A DNA stretch of 60,461 nt from Sarea resinae (lineage: Eukaryota), in assembly GCA_026026165.1 (NCBI GenBank), contig JAPEUD010000071.1:62001-122461 (forward strand), in the 5' to 3' direction. The position numbers and the translations under genes are program-made. The notes under the pieces are model-generated. The model ran no database searches and was not told where the DNA came from. It saw nothing but the letters and a program-made list of their open reading frames with translations. Positions 37,363-49,831 of the stretch are shown here, piece after piece; position 1 is the first letter of the stretch, and every line of letters starts with the position of its first letter.

Positions 37363-40300
37363 ATGAGATTGATTGAATTGCCTCGACCACCACCGCGGGA
37401 ACCGTTGGCCATGAGAACGCAAGGAACAAGGGGTCGAGGGGGACGGCACGAACGACGGTCGAGAGGGTCGTACCACTCGTCGTTTCGGACTCAAAATACC
37501 TTCAGGCTTCCTCCACCACCGATTTCGAGACAGCCGATTATCAAGCGAGAAGAAGATTGGCGGTCGTGGATTGAGTTGGGTGTTCGAATCTTTGGACTGC
37601 CAGCTAACATAACAACATTAGACCTCTACCGTTCACTGAGGAAGGAGGGGGAGATTGAAGCGATTGAGATATTCGGGACGATCAAAGGCACTAGAAATGG
37701 AAGTGCTAGGATTCGCTTCCGGTAACAAGAACGCAACCACCTACACGGAATTCTCTGCTGATTCTAAATTCTTCTCGACTATAGGCCTCCCCCCCTGAAC
37801 CCCTTTTGGGAGAATGGGAGGTACGCGGTTTTTCTGGGGTCAAGTGGAGTGAGACTGCACCTGAATATCGAGCCCGATCCAAAGCGAAGATCCTTTCTCG
37901 TACCAAGCCCGGTGAACCCAAGCGTCAAATATCCGGAGGCGTTGGTACGTGAAGCAATCCTCTCCTGTCGACCTGAACTAATATTGTCTCATTTCAAGTC
38001 GATTAAGCCAGAATGCATTGATTTCGGCTTCATGTACAATGCCTCGACAATGATCACAATGCAGACGACTATGAGAATGAAACAGAGCCAGGCTTCATTC
38101 ACACTAGATTTATTGAGACGCAATCTAGACATTCGCTTCAGTCTGGAGATCAAAGATCCTCGATCCCTGCCTCGACAAGACAAAACCTTCGTTGGTTCTC
38201 AAAACGCGTCAGTTATTGGTAAAGAAAATCGAGTCGATCTGTTTCGATTCCGTCTGCCGCTTGCACAAATGCAGCGCGTGCGCGAATCCAATAGTGGTGG
38301 ACAAATCATGTTGCTCATCTCTTTCGATAGTCCTCCGAAGTTCTATCGGAAGGTAAAGCAAATCGAGGCAACTCATGACGATAAGGCAACTTTTTGGAGC
38401 GAATGGGAGACCTGGCGTCGGCAAACGGACGTTGTTTACTCGCCACGCGAGCTCAAATTTGCTCCAGTGAGTCTGAAAAAAGCAAAACCGGTTATCGATA
38501 TAGGTGAGTTCATTCATTGGAAAATTTAACCAGTCTGATATTCGGGATCCTAGGGAGATGGACGACCTATCGCTTCGTATTTAGCCCCTTCGAACTAGGC
38601 AACAAATACGCCCTTATATGCCAAGCTCTACGGGACTACAACATCGAAGTTTCACGTGCGGAACCTTTTGAGGTTGACATCAATAGAACCCCTGTGGTCT
38701 GGGACCTAATAGACAACGTGCCCGCGCAAAAGAGCCATTCAAGCTCGTTTTTGGAGGAAATGGCCTCAGTTGGTTTCACTCCTTTGTCGTTCGCTGTCCG
38801 CTATCAGCTAGAAGTCTGCATATCACAAGGATGCCTCAATGAACACAACCTCTCCAGTGAATTTATTACCAAGCTCATTCAGATGGAAGAATTAGCCGCA
38901 AAAGAGCTCCTTGAGCATGTGGCTTCAGAGAAAGCTCGAATCTACAATCCAATGGACATCTTTAACATCAAGGACATCAAGGGCTCATCATCAAAGCTCA
39001 AATTACCACATTACTGCGTTCTGATGCGCTCGGCCACAGTCACTCCAGCAATGGTCTATTTTGACAATCCTGCGGTTGAAACCACCAATCGTGTGGTAAG
39101 ACAGCATATTGAAGATTGCGATCGCTTTCTTCGTGTACGATTCATGGATGAGAAATTCCAGGTTTGTCGATCGTGTTCAGACTCCTACGGTCAAGCTTGC
39201 TAAGTGAAATAGGGGAGGATCTATTCTAGCGAAGGCCATCAAGACAACGAAGTATTCACGAGAATCAAGCGCACCATGGCTAATGGAATCACCATCGGCG
39301 ACAGACACTTTGAGTTCTTGGCTTTCGGCAACTCGCAACTGCGTGAGCATGGGGCTTACTTTTTTGCGCCATTGCCACATAAGACAGCTGCGGATATTAG
39401 AAGAGGTATGGGCAAATTTGACCACATCAAAGTCGTGGGAAAGTTTGCTGCGCGCATGGGCCAGTGCTTCTCGACCACTCGAGCCATCAATGGTACGCGT
39501 GTGCAAATCAAAGAGACCACCGATATCATACGAAATGGGTATAACTTCACAGATGGAGTAGGCAAGATATCGCCCTTCCTTGCGTCAATGATAGCAGCAG
39601 AACTAGGTCTCACAGGCTCGCGGGAGCCCCCGTCGGTATTCCAATTCCGTTTGGGTGGCTGTAAAGGCATCCTTGGGGTCTCTTCAGAGGCTTGCGGCAG
39701 AGAGATTCATATCCGCCCTAGTCAGTATAAGTTCCCCGCATTGCACGAAGGCCTAGAGATCATCCGGTGGTCCCAATTTGCCGCCGCCTCCTTGAACAAA
39801 CAGATAATTCTCATCCTATCGGATCTTGGTGTCCCCGACCAGGTCTTTGTGTCGAAACAGCAGGATATGCTCTCTAATTTGCAGCTTGCTATGACGGACG
39901 AGTCCCAAGCCCTTTTAATGCTTCAGAGATACATCGATCCAAACCAGAGGACCCTTGCAATTGCTGGAATGGTCTTGGATGGATTTCAGCGAGTGAAGGA
40001 ACCCTTTGTCGTCTCACTCCTGCACCTCTGGAGATGCTGGTCAATCAAGTATCTGAAGGAGAAGGCAAAAGTCTTGATTGACCAAGGAGCATTCCTTCTA
40101 GGTTGTGTTGATGAGACGGCGACACTGAAAGGTCACTTCGAAAAGACGCTCGATGAAGAACCGGCCACTGACGAGGAGAAACTCAAACTGTTGCCCGAGA
40201 TCTTCATCCAGGTCTCCGACCAGACTAAGAATGGTAGCTATATTGTAATTGAGGGTATATGTCTTCTGGCTAGGAATCCTTCCCTACATCCGGGGGATAT

Positions 40301-42125
40301 CAGAGTCGTAAGGGCTGTCAATGTACCAGCACTACATTACATGAAGGATGTGGTGGTCTTGCCGCAAACCGGAGACCGAGACCTTGCGAGCATGTGTTCC
40401 GGTGGAGACTTGGACGGCGATGATTACTTTGTCATGTGGGATAAAGACTTGACGCCAACCGAGTGGAACCATCAGCCCATGGACTATACTCCATCAGCTC
40501 CACTTGAAGCTGACCATGATATCACCGTTGACGATATAACGTCGTTCTTTGTGACGTATATGAAGAATGACAACCTCGGGAAGATTGCAACCGCCCATTT
40601 GGCTCTGGCGGACTTTACGGAGATGGGCGTCAAGGATGAAAAGTGTTAGTGTTCCTCATGATTACTCTTGCAATTGAGTATTGACATACTGCTAGGCTTA
40701 CAATTGGCGGACTTGCATTCTAAGGCGGTCGATTTCTGCAAGACCAGCGAACCAGCCTGCATGACAAAGGATCTGAAGCCCAGGAAGTATCCACACTTTA
40801 TGGAGAACAAGGGTAAGGCGAAAGAGCAGATATACCAATCCGAGCGTGTTCTAGGCCAGCTTTATGACCAAGTCGAACGCGTCGACTTTGCGCCAGTCTT
40901 CGACGCCGCTTTTGATGAGCGTATTCTGAATGCTTACCAACTCAACGAGAAGACTCTGCAAGATGCTCTAGATCTAAAGGAGCAATATGATGCAGCGATG
41001 CGTAGAATTATGGCCCAACATGAAATCAACTCGGAATTTGAGGTTTGGTCTACGTTTGTCCTCCATCATGCAATGTTAAGCAGAGACTATAAATTCCACG
41101 AAGAGTTAGGGCAAATCTCATTTGCGCTCAGGGATCAGTTCAGAAATGCCTGCTATGAAAAAGCCGGAGGAAAAGACTTTGAGCGCCTTGCTCCATTTGT
41201 TGCTGCTATGTATCAGGGAACCCAGCAACAGATAGGACGTGCAGTTGCCGAGTGCAAAGAGACAAAAATGGTTGGAGGTAGAGAAGTTCCTGCAAAGGAG
41301 ATGAATGCCAAGACAATGCCCCTCATGAGTTTCCCTTGGCTTTTCCCGAAGGTGCTAGGGAAGATCGCAAAGGAGCAAGTCCATAGAGGAGAGCCGAAGG
41401 TTGCGAGTGCTGGAATGCCAGAGCTTGAAGTACAGCCGACGCCCTTTGCGGCCCTTGTTCCTTCGTCGAGGCACACCCGAGTGGCGACTGGAGAAGACTT
41501 GTTGGAGACTAAGCAAGGAATCACTAATCGCGGAGATATTCTCGAGTTATTCCAGGATGATTCTGGCAGTGGCAATGACCCGACAGACCTCCTAACCGGT
41601 AAAGCTCTTACCAGCCACAGCACGCGTGACGGAGAGCAGACAGAACAAACTAGCTCGCAAGGTGATGGGAGTCATGACGAGGTCGCCCTCTATGGAGACT
41701 TGATTGACTTTGGGGAAGTGCTAAGGAAGCCAGATGAATTAAAGGGGCACGGCAGCACCGTATTCGGTGAGATGCCATCTGAAGTCAGGGAGCGCCCAGT
41801 CTGCGCATTGGAAGATCTCATCGACCTGACTGATGGCTATGATGCTTCACCCCGGGGCGTTTTAATCGTTGGAGATAATAGCTGCGACAGCAACAGCGAT
41901 AGCAGTGACAGCCCATCTTTAACTCCAACACAGAGTGGACAGACCGAAACAAGCCATGACGATGAGCACGGCGGACCTGAAACTCCTGCTTTGACGGATC
42001 TGGTGATCGGAAGTGACGAGATCGACGAAGTCGAGGAAGACCTTGACGAGGTCGAAGAGATCATGCTGGATGAGGTTGGAAACGATGATTCGCCACTCGA
42101 AGCTTTGATGAAGATGGTGGGATAG
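37363..42125 (+). CDS. Eukaryotic RNAi RNA-dependent RNA polymerase, probably SAD-1 type (6 exons)
   Basis: Catalytic CSGGDLDGDDYFVMWD, FTDGVGKIS, QFRLGGCKG, RNPSLHPGDIR, DRFLRVRF. N-terminal RRM-like segment (VRIFGLPANITTLDLY) and acidic tail. Clade call is inference; start 37363 or 37411. Confidence 0.95.
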
Positions 42126-42599
42126 AATGGGTTTGAGTTTCTTTTACTTTGCTCTGCATCCTTGTTTTGGGCGTGAACTGAGATTTATTCGAGATTGTCT
42201 CTGGCAAACAAGCGAGCGAGGGGCGGTTGTTACATAAGGGTTGCAAGGCGCAGTAATAGGAGCTGAGGTTCTTAATATTTGGGAGATGAAACAGAAAACT
42301 ATAGGCTGGTCGGACTTTTCTTTCACGTCTGCGTGCCATGAAACGTCGCCTCCGTGCAATGTAGCCATATCTCTAGTCTTCTGGCAACGTGGTTTAATCC
42401 AACTCAAGCTGTGTAAGGTTGGCCTCATCCTCTCTAGAAGGATTTGAAACAGCTTAGCGCTTCACTAGGACCAGAAGTGTGACAGCAGGCAAGGACAATA
42501 CAGTCCATACTATATCGCTAGCCCCACGGTCTTTCAAACACCAAGCATCCAGCATCCAGCAACGCCAAAACACCAAGTTCATTAGAAGACAGATGCCAG

Positions 42600-43622
42600 C
42601 TACGTCTCGACCCCCAACATCTCCCTCAACCCAGCCTCCACGCCCCGATACCACCTGCCCCTCTCCTCAAGCTCATCCCCAACCCCTCTCTCACCAGCTT
42701 CCTTCCGCCTCCTCGCCTCTTCAGCCGCAGCCACACTCCCCGCCCTCTGCATCTCGAGCGGCCTTAGCTCTGCTTCCGCTCGTTCGAGCTCTTTTGTCTT
42801 CCGTGGGAGGGCCGCTTGGAGGGTTTGAATCTGCCGGTTTACGGCGGCGAGTTCGGCTTCTTGGGTGCTCAGAAGTGAGAGGGTTGCGGGGAGAGAGAGA
42901 TTGAGAGAAGGATTCGAGGAGGTGGTGGGCGTTTGGACGGCGCGCAGGGCGGAGATGGATTCTTGGAGGGAGGCGATGGAAGCGGGGAGGGTGGATAGCT
43001 GGGTCGTTTCGAGGGTTATCTTCTCATGGCCTGGGATTCGAGGAACAGTCCGTTAGCTCAGACCCTTTTGTATCAGTGTAGGTAGGTAAGGTAGGTAGGT
43101 AGTAGTATTCATACGTCTGGCGAGTTCTCTCCCCTGTTGTTCCAGGTCCGCAACCAGCTGCGCGACTTCTTTCTTCTGAGCCTGCAGTTCCGCCTTGGCG
43201 GTCACGAGCTGGCCTTCTAGATCCACAATCTCTTGGTGCTCGACTATGAGGGGCGGGTCGCCGACGATGGCGCGCAGGAACTTTTCTTTGGTCACTTGCT
43301 CGATGTATGAGAAGCGGAGTTTGGAAAAGAGCTCCTGTGTCATGTGCGTGTCAGTATGCCGTCAAAAAAAAAGAAAAGAGAATGGGCAGAGCGGAAAGGA
43401 AAGTCTGACTTTGTAGTGGGTGAGGTCGGCATCCAGACTCTCGGGTGTGGGGTTTTCGAATGCATCGGCGGAGACGTCGGAGCTGCGTTTTGGCCCTTCT
43501 TCGCCATTGGGCGCGTGCTTGGGAGGAAGGGAGATGGGCTCGCTGAGTGCGATGATGGAGAGCGGATGGGCGGATTGGAGGGACTGCAGGGTCGAGAGCG
43601 CTTCGGAGTATTCGTCGCCCAT
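42600..43622 (-). CDS. sos7: Kinetochore protein Sos7 (Spc7/KNL1 partner), 3 exons
   Basis: LDADLTHYK|ELFSKLRFSYIEQVTKEKFLRAIVGDPPLIV signature, then coiled coil ending DELEERGRWYRGVEAGLREMLGVET*. Confidence 0.85.
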
Positions 43623-43966
43623 TGTCGCGATTTGATGGTGTGTTTGGTGTACAGTAAGGACTGGCCGTGGTATTCGTCGGCGGCGGTCTGTTGCGACAAT
43701 GACAATCACGGAGTAGATAGAGGGATCCCAAGTGTTTGTTTACTTTGACGCTCGCGACTTTTGGTGACGTGGGGCCGGGGAGCTTGCTGAAGAGGGAAAG
43801 TTTACCGAGCGGCTCTAGAGACGCTTTGAAGCGCGAAAGAGGCAAGCTACCTTGGCTTATGAACGCATCTTGACCGATCGACGGGCCATGCAATCGACTA
43901 TACTATCAGCAGCGCATCCTCACGCATAGCAGTCTATGATGGGATAACCTTTCCAGCTTTTTTGAT

Positions 43967-45220
43967 ATGGCTGCCAACGAGAGCCTGTCCGACGACTATG
44001 TCGCCCAGATGCTCAAACAGGATGCTATCGACAGCTCGATCAAGTACTCTGCGCTCGGCATGAATGCTTTCCTCCCCAAGAGGTATGTCGGCTCCTTCTC
44101 TGGATTTTCCTTCTTCTCATGTGTCAATAGGCCTACCACCACTGCGCCCAAGCCCAACACGAGATTCTTGAGGACTATCATACGGGAGACGGATAGCCAT
44201 AATGCAGCCCTGCTAGCCAAGGAAGCGCAGGAGTCGAGGGCACGACTGCGGAGATTGCGACAGGAAGGCGTGGAAGCGGTAGCATCACCTCTCGATGGGC
44301 GTTCCAAAAGGGGGGGAGTAGAGGATGATGAATATAAGAATTCAAAGAGACGGCGATTAGATCGTAATGATGATGAGGCGCGCGGGAGGCATCACCATGA
44401 GAAACAGAGGCGAAGATCTAGATCGCCCAGAAGGCGGGATCACCGCGAGGAAGGGCGTGAATACCGAAAAAGAGATGGACAGCGGAGAGACTACGAGAGC
44501 GACAGCGAGGAGGGATCCAAACATACGCACAAACACCACCACAGAAGCCGGCGACGACGTGACCGGAGCGTGTCCGATGAGTCAGGGGGCGAGAAACACC
44601 GCGACAGGCACCACATCCACCGACGACGGCGCAGGCGCTCGAGGTCGCCATCGTCAAAAGGCGAAGAGGACTACAGGCACAAGACCAGTCGGAAGAGACG
44701 ATCCCCTTCGAGATCCCCAATCCGATCTCCTCCCAGAAACGACTCGTCAAGGCCCATAGCGAACGGCGCCCACGACAGAGCCGGATCCGAACAGGCCGGC
44801 TCGGACTCGGACCCGTTGGAAGCAATCGTCGGTCCCCTTCCGCCTCGACCCGAACCCAAAGTCCGCTCTCGAGGTCGCGGCACCTTTGCCTCCTCATCCG
44901 CCATGGACACGCACTTCTCGGCCACGTACGACCCCAAGGTAGACGTGCACCCGAACTCGGAGTCGGAGAACGACTGGGACCAGGCCCTGGAGGCGTTGCG
45001 CGATCGCCAGCGATGGAAGCAGCAGGGCGCGGACCGGCTCCGCGCGGCGGGCTTCACGGAAGACGAGGTCTCCAAGTGGGAGAAGGGCGGGGAGCGACGG
45101 GAGGAGGACGTGCGATGGGCGCGCAAGGGCGAGGGCCGGGAGTGGGACCGCGGTAAGGTGGTCGATGAGGACGGGCACGTCGACGTCCAGGCGGAATGGG
45201 GGCGGCTCAAGGGGACGTGA
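43967..45220 (+). CDS. Conserved fungal Arg/Ser/His-rich nuclear protein (splicing-factor-like), probable 48-nt intron 44083-44130
   Basis: Ordered N-terminus DDYVAQML...PKPNTRFLRTIIRETDSHNAALL, RS/RH low-complexity middle, and C-terminal DWDQALEALRDRQRWKQQGADRLRAAGF...REWDRGK. Confidence 0.8.
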   Translation: MAANESLSDDYVAQMLKQDAIDSSIKYSALGMNAFLPKRYVGSFSGFSFFSCVNRPTTTAPKPNTRFLRTIIRETDSHNAALLAKEAQESRARLRRLRQEGVEAVASPLDGRSKRGGVEDDEYKNSKRRRLDRNDDEARGRHHHEKQRRRSRSPRRRDHREEGREYRKRDGQRRDYESDSEEGSKHTHKHHHRSRRRRDRSVSDESGGEKHRDRHHIHRRRRRRSRSPSSKGEEDYRHKTSRKRRSPSRSPIRSPPRNDSSRPIANGAHDRAGSEQAGSDSDPLEAIVGPLPPRPEPKVRSRGRGTFASSSAMDTHFSATYDPKVDVHPNSESENDWDQALEALRDRQRWKQQGADRLRAAGFTEDEVSKWEKGGERREEDVRWARKGEGREWDRGKVVDEDGHVDVQAEWGRLKGT

Positions 45221-45518
45221 GGGGCTATGCTAATGATCATGACCATGATACCACGAGTCTGGCATCAATGTATTGAGATTCTTTTTTCTCCTTTCAAGAT
45301 TATACCGTTACTGTCAATGTTCCAATTCCTCGCCTCTCACCCTCTGCACTCTTCCTTTCTTTCACGCCCCTTTCTCCTGGTCCTGCTCCTGGTCCTGGCT
45401 CCGCATTCCCAAAATGTCACCGTCGATAGTCCCAGTACAAAAGAAACACAGATCTTCTAGTACACATCAGCTATTGTACTCAAACCTCTAATCTATTATC
45501 ATAGATCACCTAGGTAGA

Positions 45519-45547
45519 TAGGTAGGTAGGTAGGTAGGTAGGTAGGT
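45519..45547 (+). repeat. (TAGG)n microsatellite
   Basis: About 7 tandem TAGG units. Confidence 0.95.
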
Positions 45548-45913
45548 GGATATTATTTTATATACATATGCTCTACTCCTACCTCCTACGCCTACCCCCT
45601 ACTACTATACTGAATAGCGACATACTGTATCTAGCACACCTACCCACTCACTCCCTCCCTCTCTCTCTCCCTCCCTCCCTTAAACAAAAAAAAACCAACA
45701 GTAATTAACAGAAATATCCTACAAAAAAACAACCAGAAACTCAAGCAAGATCATACCAACATAGAAGGCATCTAACACACGCACCTACTCACCTTCACAC
45801 ACATACACTCTCTCACTCTTTCACAACTAAACAAAACGCCCCTCTCTCTTCTACTTGCAAGGCCAAATTCACAGAGACGTCCCACGAAAAACCGCCCGAA
45901 ACTCACCACCTAA

Positions 45914-45961
45914 GCGAGAAGAAGCGAGAACCGGCGAGGAACCGGCGGGAAAAGGCGAGAA
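45914..45961 (+). repeat. Five GCGRGRA motifs at 10-11 bp spacing
   Basis: GCGAGAA 45914, GCGAGAA 45924, GCGAGGA 45934, GCGGGAA 45945, GCGAGAA 45955. Confidence 0.85.
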
Positions 45962-46795
45962 ATAGACAAGGAAAAGGTGAGGGAAAGGGAAAAGGGGCGT
46001 GGTGTTTTGTTTTGTTCTGTTTTTTCTTGTTGTGCTGTTAAAAAAGAGAGAAAGGAGGGGGGGGGTTTAAGAGAGGATATAGTGTGTGAGTTAGTAGAAA
46101 TAAAGTAATACGGGGGAAAGAGCTTAGTAGAGAAGATAGTTGTGTATGTTTATAGCTATGTTTATAGGTATGTGTGTGTGCACGTTTAGGGGTTGAGTTC
46201 TAGAGGGAGGGAGGGAGAGGCGAGACGGTTAAAGGAGGTAGAGATAGTAGAGATATCACAGAGGATAGTTAGTAGGCCAGAAAGAAAAGTAGGGCCAGTA
46301 GGTCAAACGGGTTAGAGCAGTGAGTGGTCAATCCTCTAGAGATATGCCTCGATGTATAGAAAACCTACGATACACACATCTACTCTCTCCGACCAACACA
46401 CACAATACACAATACACAATACACAGAACCCCAGGCTAAGGACCAGTCTAGAAGAATAGAAAAGAAAAAAAAAAGTCTCTTCAACATGATTTTATTTGAG
46501 GAGAGCCGGATGCAATGCCGTCACTATCGTCGTAAATATCTATTTGTACCCAGTATCCAACCTTTGCGCGGCCCCTCGGCTTGTATTGTACCGTCGTTGT
46601 CTGAGTGTATGTGTAGCTCCATCTTTTGTACGCGGTTGAAACGCCCGTCGAGAGCTTCCACGGCTAGTTGTGTATTTATCTTTGGTCATCCATCCATTAT
46701 CCATTCATCCGTCCAGTTCGCCGTGCTTTCCCAAACAATATATAGCAGATCGCTGTCGTATATTTATCCAAGAGACGTGTTGAGATGACACCAAC

Positions 46796-48884
46796 TCAAT
46801 CGCCACCACTCCTGCTACTGCTATCCCGAGCGGTCTCCTCCACCGCCGCGTTGCCTTCATTTTTACTCTCTCCGGGAGATGTATGCGTATGAGTTCGAGG
46901 GTCGGCGCTTGCTGGGACGTCGGCGGCTGCGTTGGCTTCGGCATTGGCTTCAATGTCACCGTCAACGTGGGCGTTGGGATTGGTGGCGCTGTCCAAAGTC
47001 CCTTCCTCCTGCGACAGACGCTCGCGATGCTCGTGGCGTTGGGTGATGAGGCCGCCCGTCCAGATGAACTATGCCACTCCCGTCAGTAACTCATTCCCAT
47101 ACATTGCACGTACTCGAAAACAAAACAAAAAATCACTCACGGCAGGTATAGCACTGATACCACTCAACAGCCCCAACGACCAGCCCACCGTCCCCCACCC
47201 CGCACTCGTCTCGACGAAACCGGCCCAGATCGGACCCACCAGCGTGCCACCGGCAAAGGCGGTATTGAACAGCCCGTAGGCCTGCGCGTACGCCCCACTG
47301 GGCCCGAACATGCCGGGCCGCTTGCGCTCCTTGGCTTCGACGACGTACGTGATCTCGGCCATCAGGGGCGCCATGACGAGGTCGATGGAGAAGCCGATGA
47401 GGAAGAGCAGCGCGCAGAGCAGCACTTTTTGGCCAATGCTGTCGTGCGTCACTAGCCTCAGCAGCGTCAGAAAAGGGAGTGCGAGGATAAAGCCGCTCGT
47501 CGCGAGCCAGCGCGGGCCATATTTGTCCGAGCAACGGCCTAAGTTGGAACTGATGAGTAATTGTGTCTTGAGAAGCAAAGAGCTTGCGACCTTACCGAAG
47601 ATAGGAGCCATGAAAGAAGGCAGGACGAGAGGGAGGAACATCAGACCTGCGGCGGTGGAGCCCCAGTGGAAAATCCGGTGGACGTAGAGAGGAATGACCT
47701 AGAGTTGGCAAATGTTCAGTAAAATACTTTACTCAAAGAGGGTGGATTACTGACGCTGTCAAAGCTGGTCATGAGTGCGGCTTGCACCAGGCACCCCCAC
47801 AGCGCTGCGAGGAGCCTCCTGGAGCTGAGCAAGGTCACCACGGGCGGAAGCGCATTGATGAATCTTCTTGTCCGAGACAGCTGAATTGTCGGACCATCTT
47901 GCGCCGCTGATGAGCTCTTACCGTTACTGTCGGTCTTGGTCTCCGTCAGGGGCCCTGGAACGTTCGAGCACGTCCCGTAGCTGCTGCCGCCTTCATTAGT
48001 GATGGCCCACTTGGCCGCCACCTTTTTCTCAATCATAAACAAGCGAAGGACGATATCAAGCGCGACGAGTCCAAAGGCCATTGCGAAGACGGAATAATAT
48101 CCTCCTTTGGCATAGACGACACCTCCCAGCAGTGGCGCGATCATGACCCCGATGCTCATCGAAAGCGAGACATAGCCCATAGCCTCGCCAATCTCTTTTT
48201 GGCCAACGGTGTCAACCAGCAGGGCCAGTCCGACGGTCCAGACGACCGCGGCCGAGAGACCTTGCAGAAGACGTCCTGCGACGAGAACGCCGATGCTGGA
48301 TCCGACGCAGAGCATCACCGTGGCGCCCCCAAGTGCCAGCAGGCCGACGAGGAGGGGTAGCCTGCGAGAGCTGGTGTGATCGGCGGCCCAGCCAGATATT
48401 GCTGCAACAGTCAGCCTTGGAAGAGCTCTGGCGGGAGATTATGAGCATGGCGTACGAGAGGCAACGAGCAGAGCAGCTCCATAGACGGCTAACAGGATAG
48501 ACACCCAGTGTTGCACTGCGCAACCACTCAGTAATTTGATTCAACTCGACTTGGCTACATCGAAGCACTTACCCTCATGTGGTGGAACGCCAGCTCGATC
48601 CGTCAATGCGAATGGGATGACAGGGACAATCTACAGATGTCAACAAATGGGAGATTACCATATTAGTGTTAGCGCGTGGATAGATGCATACCAGGCCATA
48701 CAGGAAAATGTCCTATCGCTGTATAAGCTTATCATTCTATCATGAACACACAATTGCTTACGGTGAATACGGCAGTGTTGACGGTGGCCAATATAAACCA
48801 TTTGGCGGACCGGTATTTGAGCAATGGTGGCGGGCTGGAGGAAGTCTTCCACCATCTCGTCAAGCTCGGCGGGAGACGGATCAT
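46796..48884 (-). CDS. MFS transporter, vesicular amine transporter (SLC18)-like, multi-exon
   Basis: PPLLKYRSAKWFILATVNTAVFT|DIFLYGM|IVPVIPFAL, GRLLQGLSAAVVWTVGLALLVD, PLLGGVVY, AYAQAYGLFNTAFAGGTLVGPIWAG, with multiple transmembrane segments. Confidence 0.88.
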
Positions 48885-49831
48885 GGCGAGGCAATCATCA
48901 GGGAGACAAAGATGGGGAGAGTCGACGGGGCTAAGACATGGTATATCGGCAAGAGGGCTTAAATATACACCAAGAAGAAACAACTTGAAGCCAAATGGAC
49001 ATTTTGAAAAGAAATATGTAAGATGACGGGACAAGAGGGAATTCGACGACGCAAACCTCCAATGGAGGCGGTGTCATCATCACTGATCGGCAAGCCCCCG
49101 CCATCATGACGGGAAAAGCCGATGGCGGGCGAGCTCGTATCGTGATGGGCGGAGCGGACAAAGGCTCCTACTATGTAAAGGAAGGAAACAAGATTCCGCG
49201 CCGTTGACCTTCAAGCCTCGGGCTCCAGGCTAATTCCTGGACCTTCCACTCTGAGATGGACGCTTCGATGAGTCAACATGTTAGTACGGGTTAGGTCGTC
49301 AGCCACATGGACGGCACATGATGGCGCTACGCTACCTCTGTCAGAGTCAGCCTACACCGAAAGCTCTCTATTCTGGCCTTGTATCATGTACCAAAGACTT
49401 CGCGCGAGGTTCCTTGAAGCACCTCCTCTGCAGGGTACACATCCTCGTGTTGGATTGCCTTTCATTCCGTATCTACGACTGCATACTACTATTTCCCAAT
49501 CAATTTACCGGATGGTCGAGACTTTCCAGAATCGTCGAGGCCAAGAGAAGCCAGAATTCGCAGCAAAAACCCCGACTCCGAAATGAGAGACACAAAGGAA
49601 CAAGAAAGAAACCCACTTTCCAGCAACGTAGTCTACGGACCCTTGGATGCATCAAGAAACTGACAGCAGAGCCATGTCGACAAGGACAGAAAGGAAAAGA
49701 ACCCACCGCGCCGCATTTCACCCAGCTGTCATCATCGACAAGTGAATTACTTCCACACTACTCCAGCCGGTACGATATACTGTGCAGAACACCATGGAAG
49801 GGCACCTGCCTTCCATTCACTTCAATGCGAC

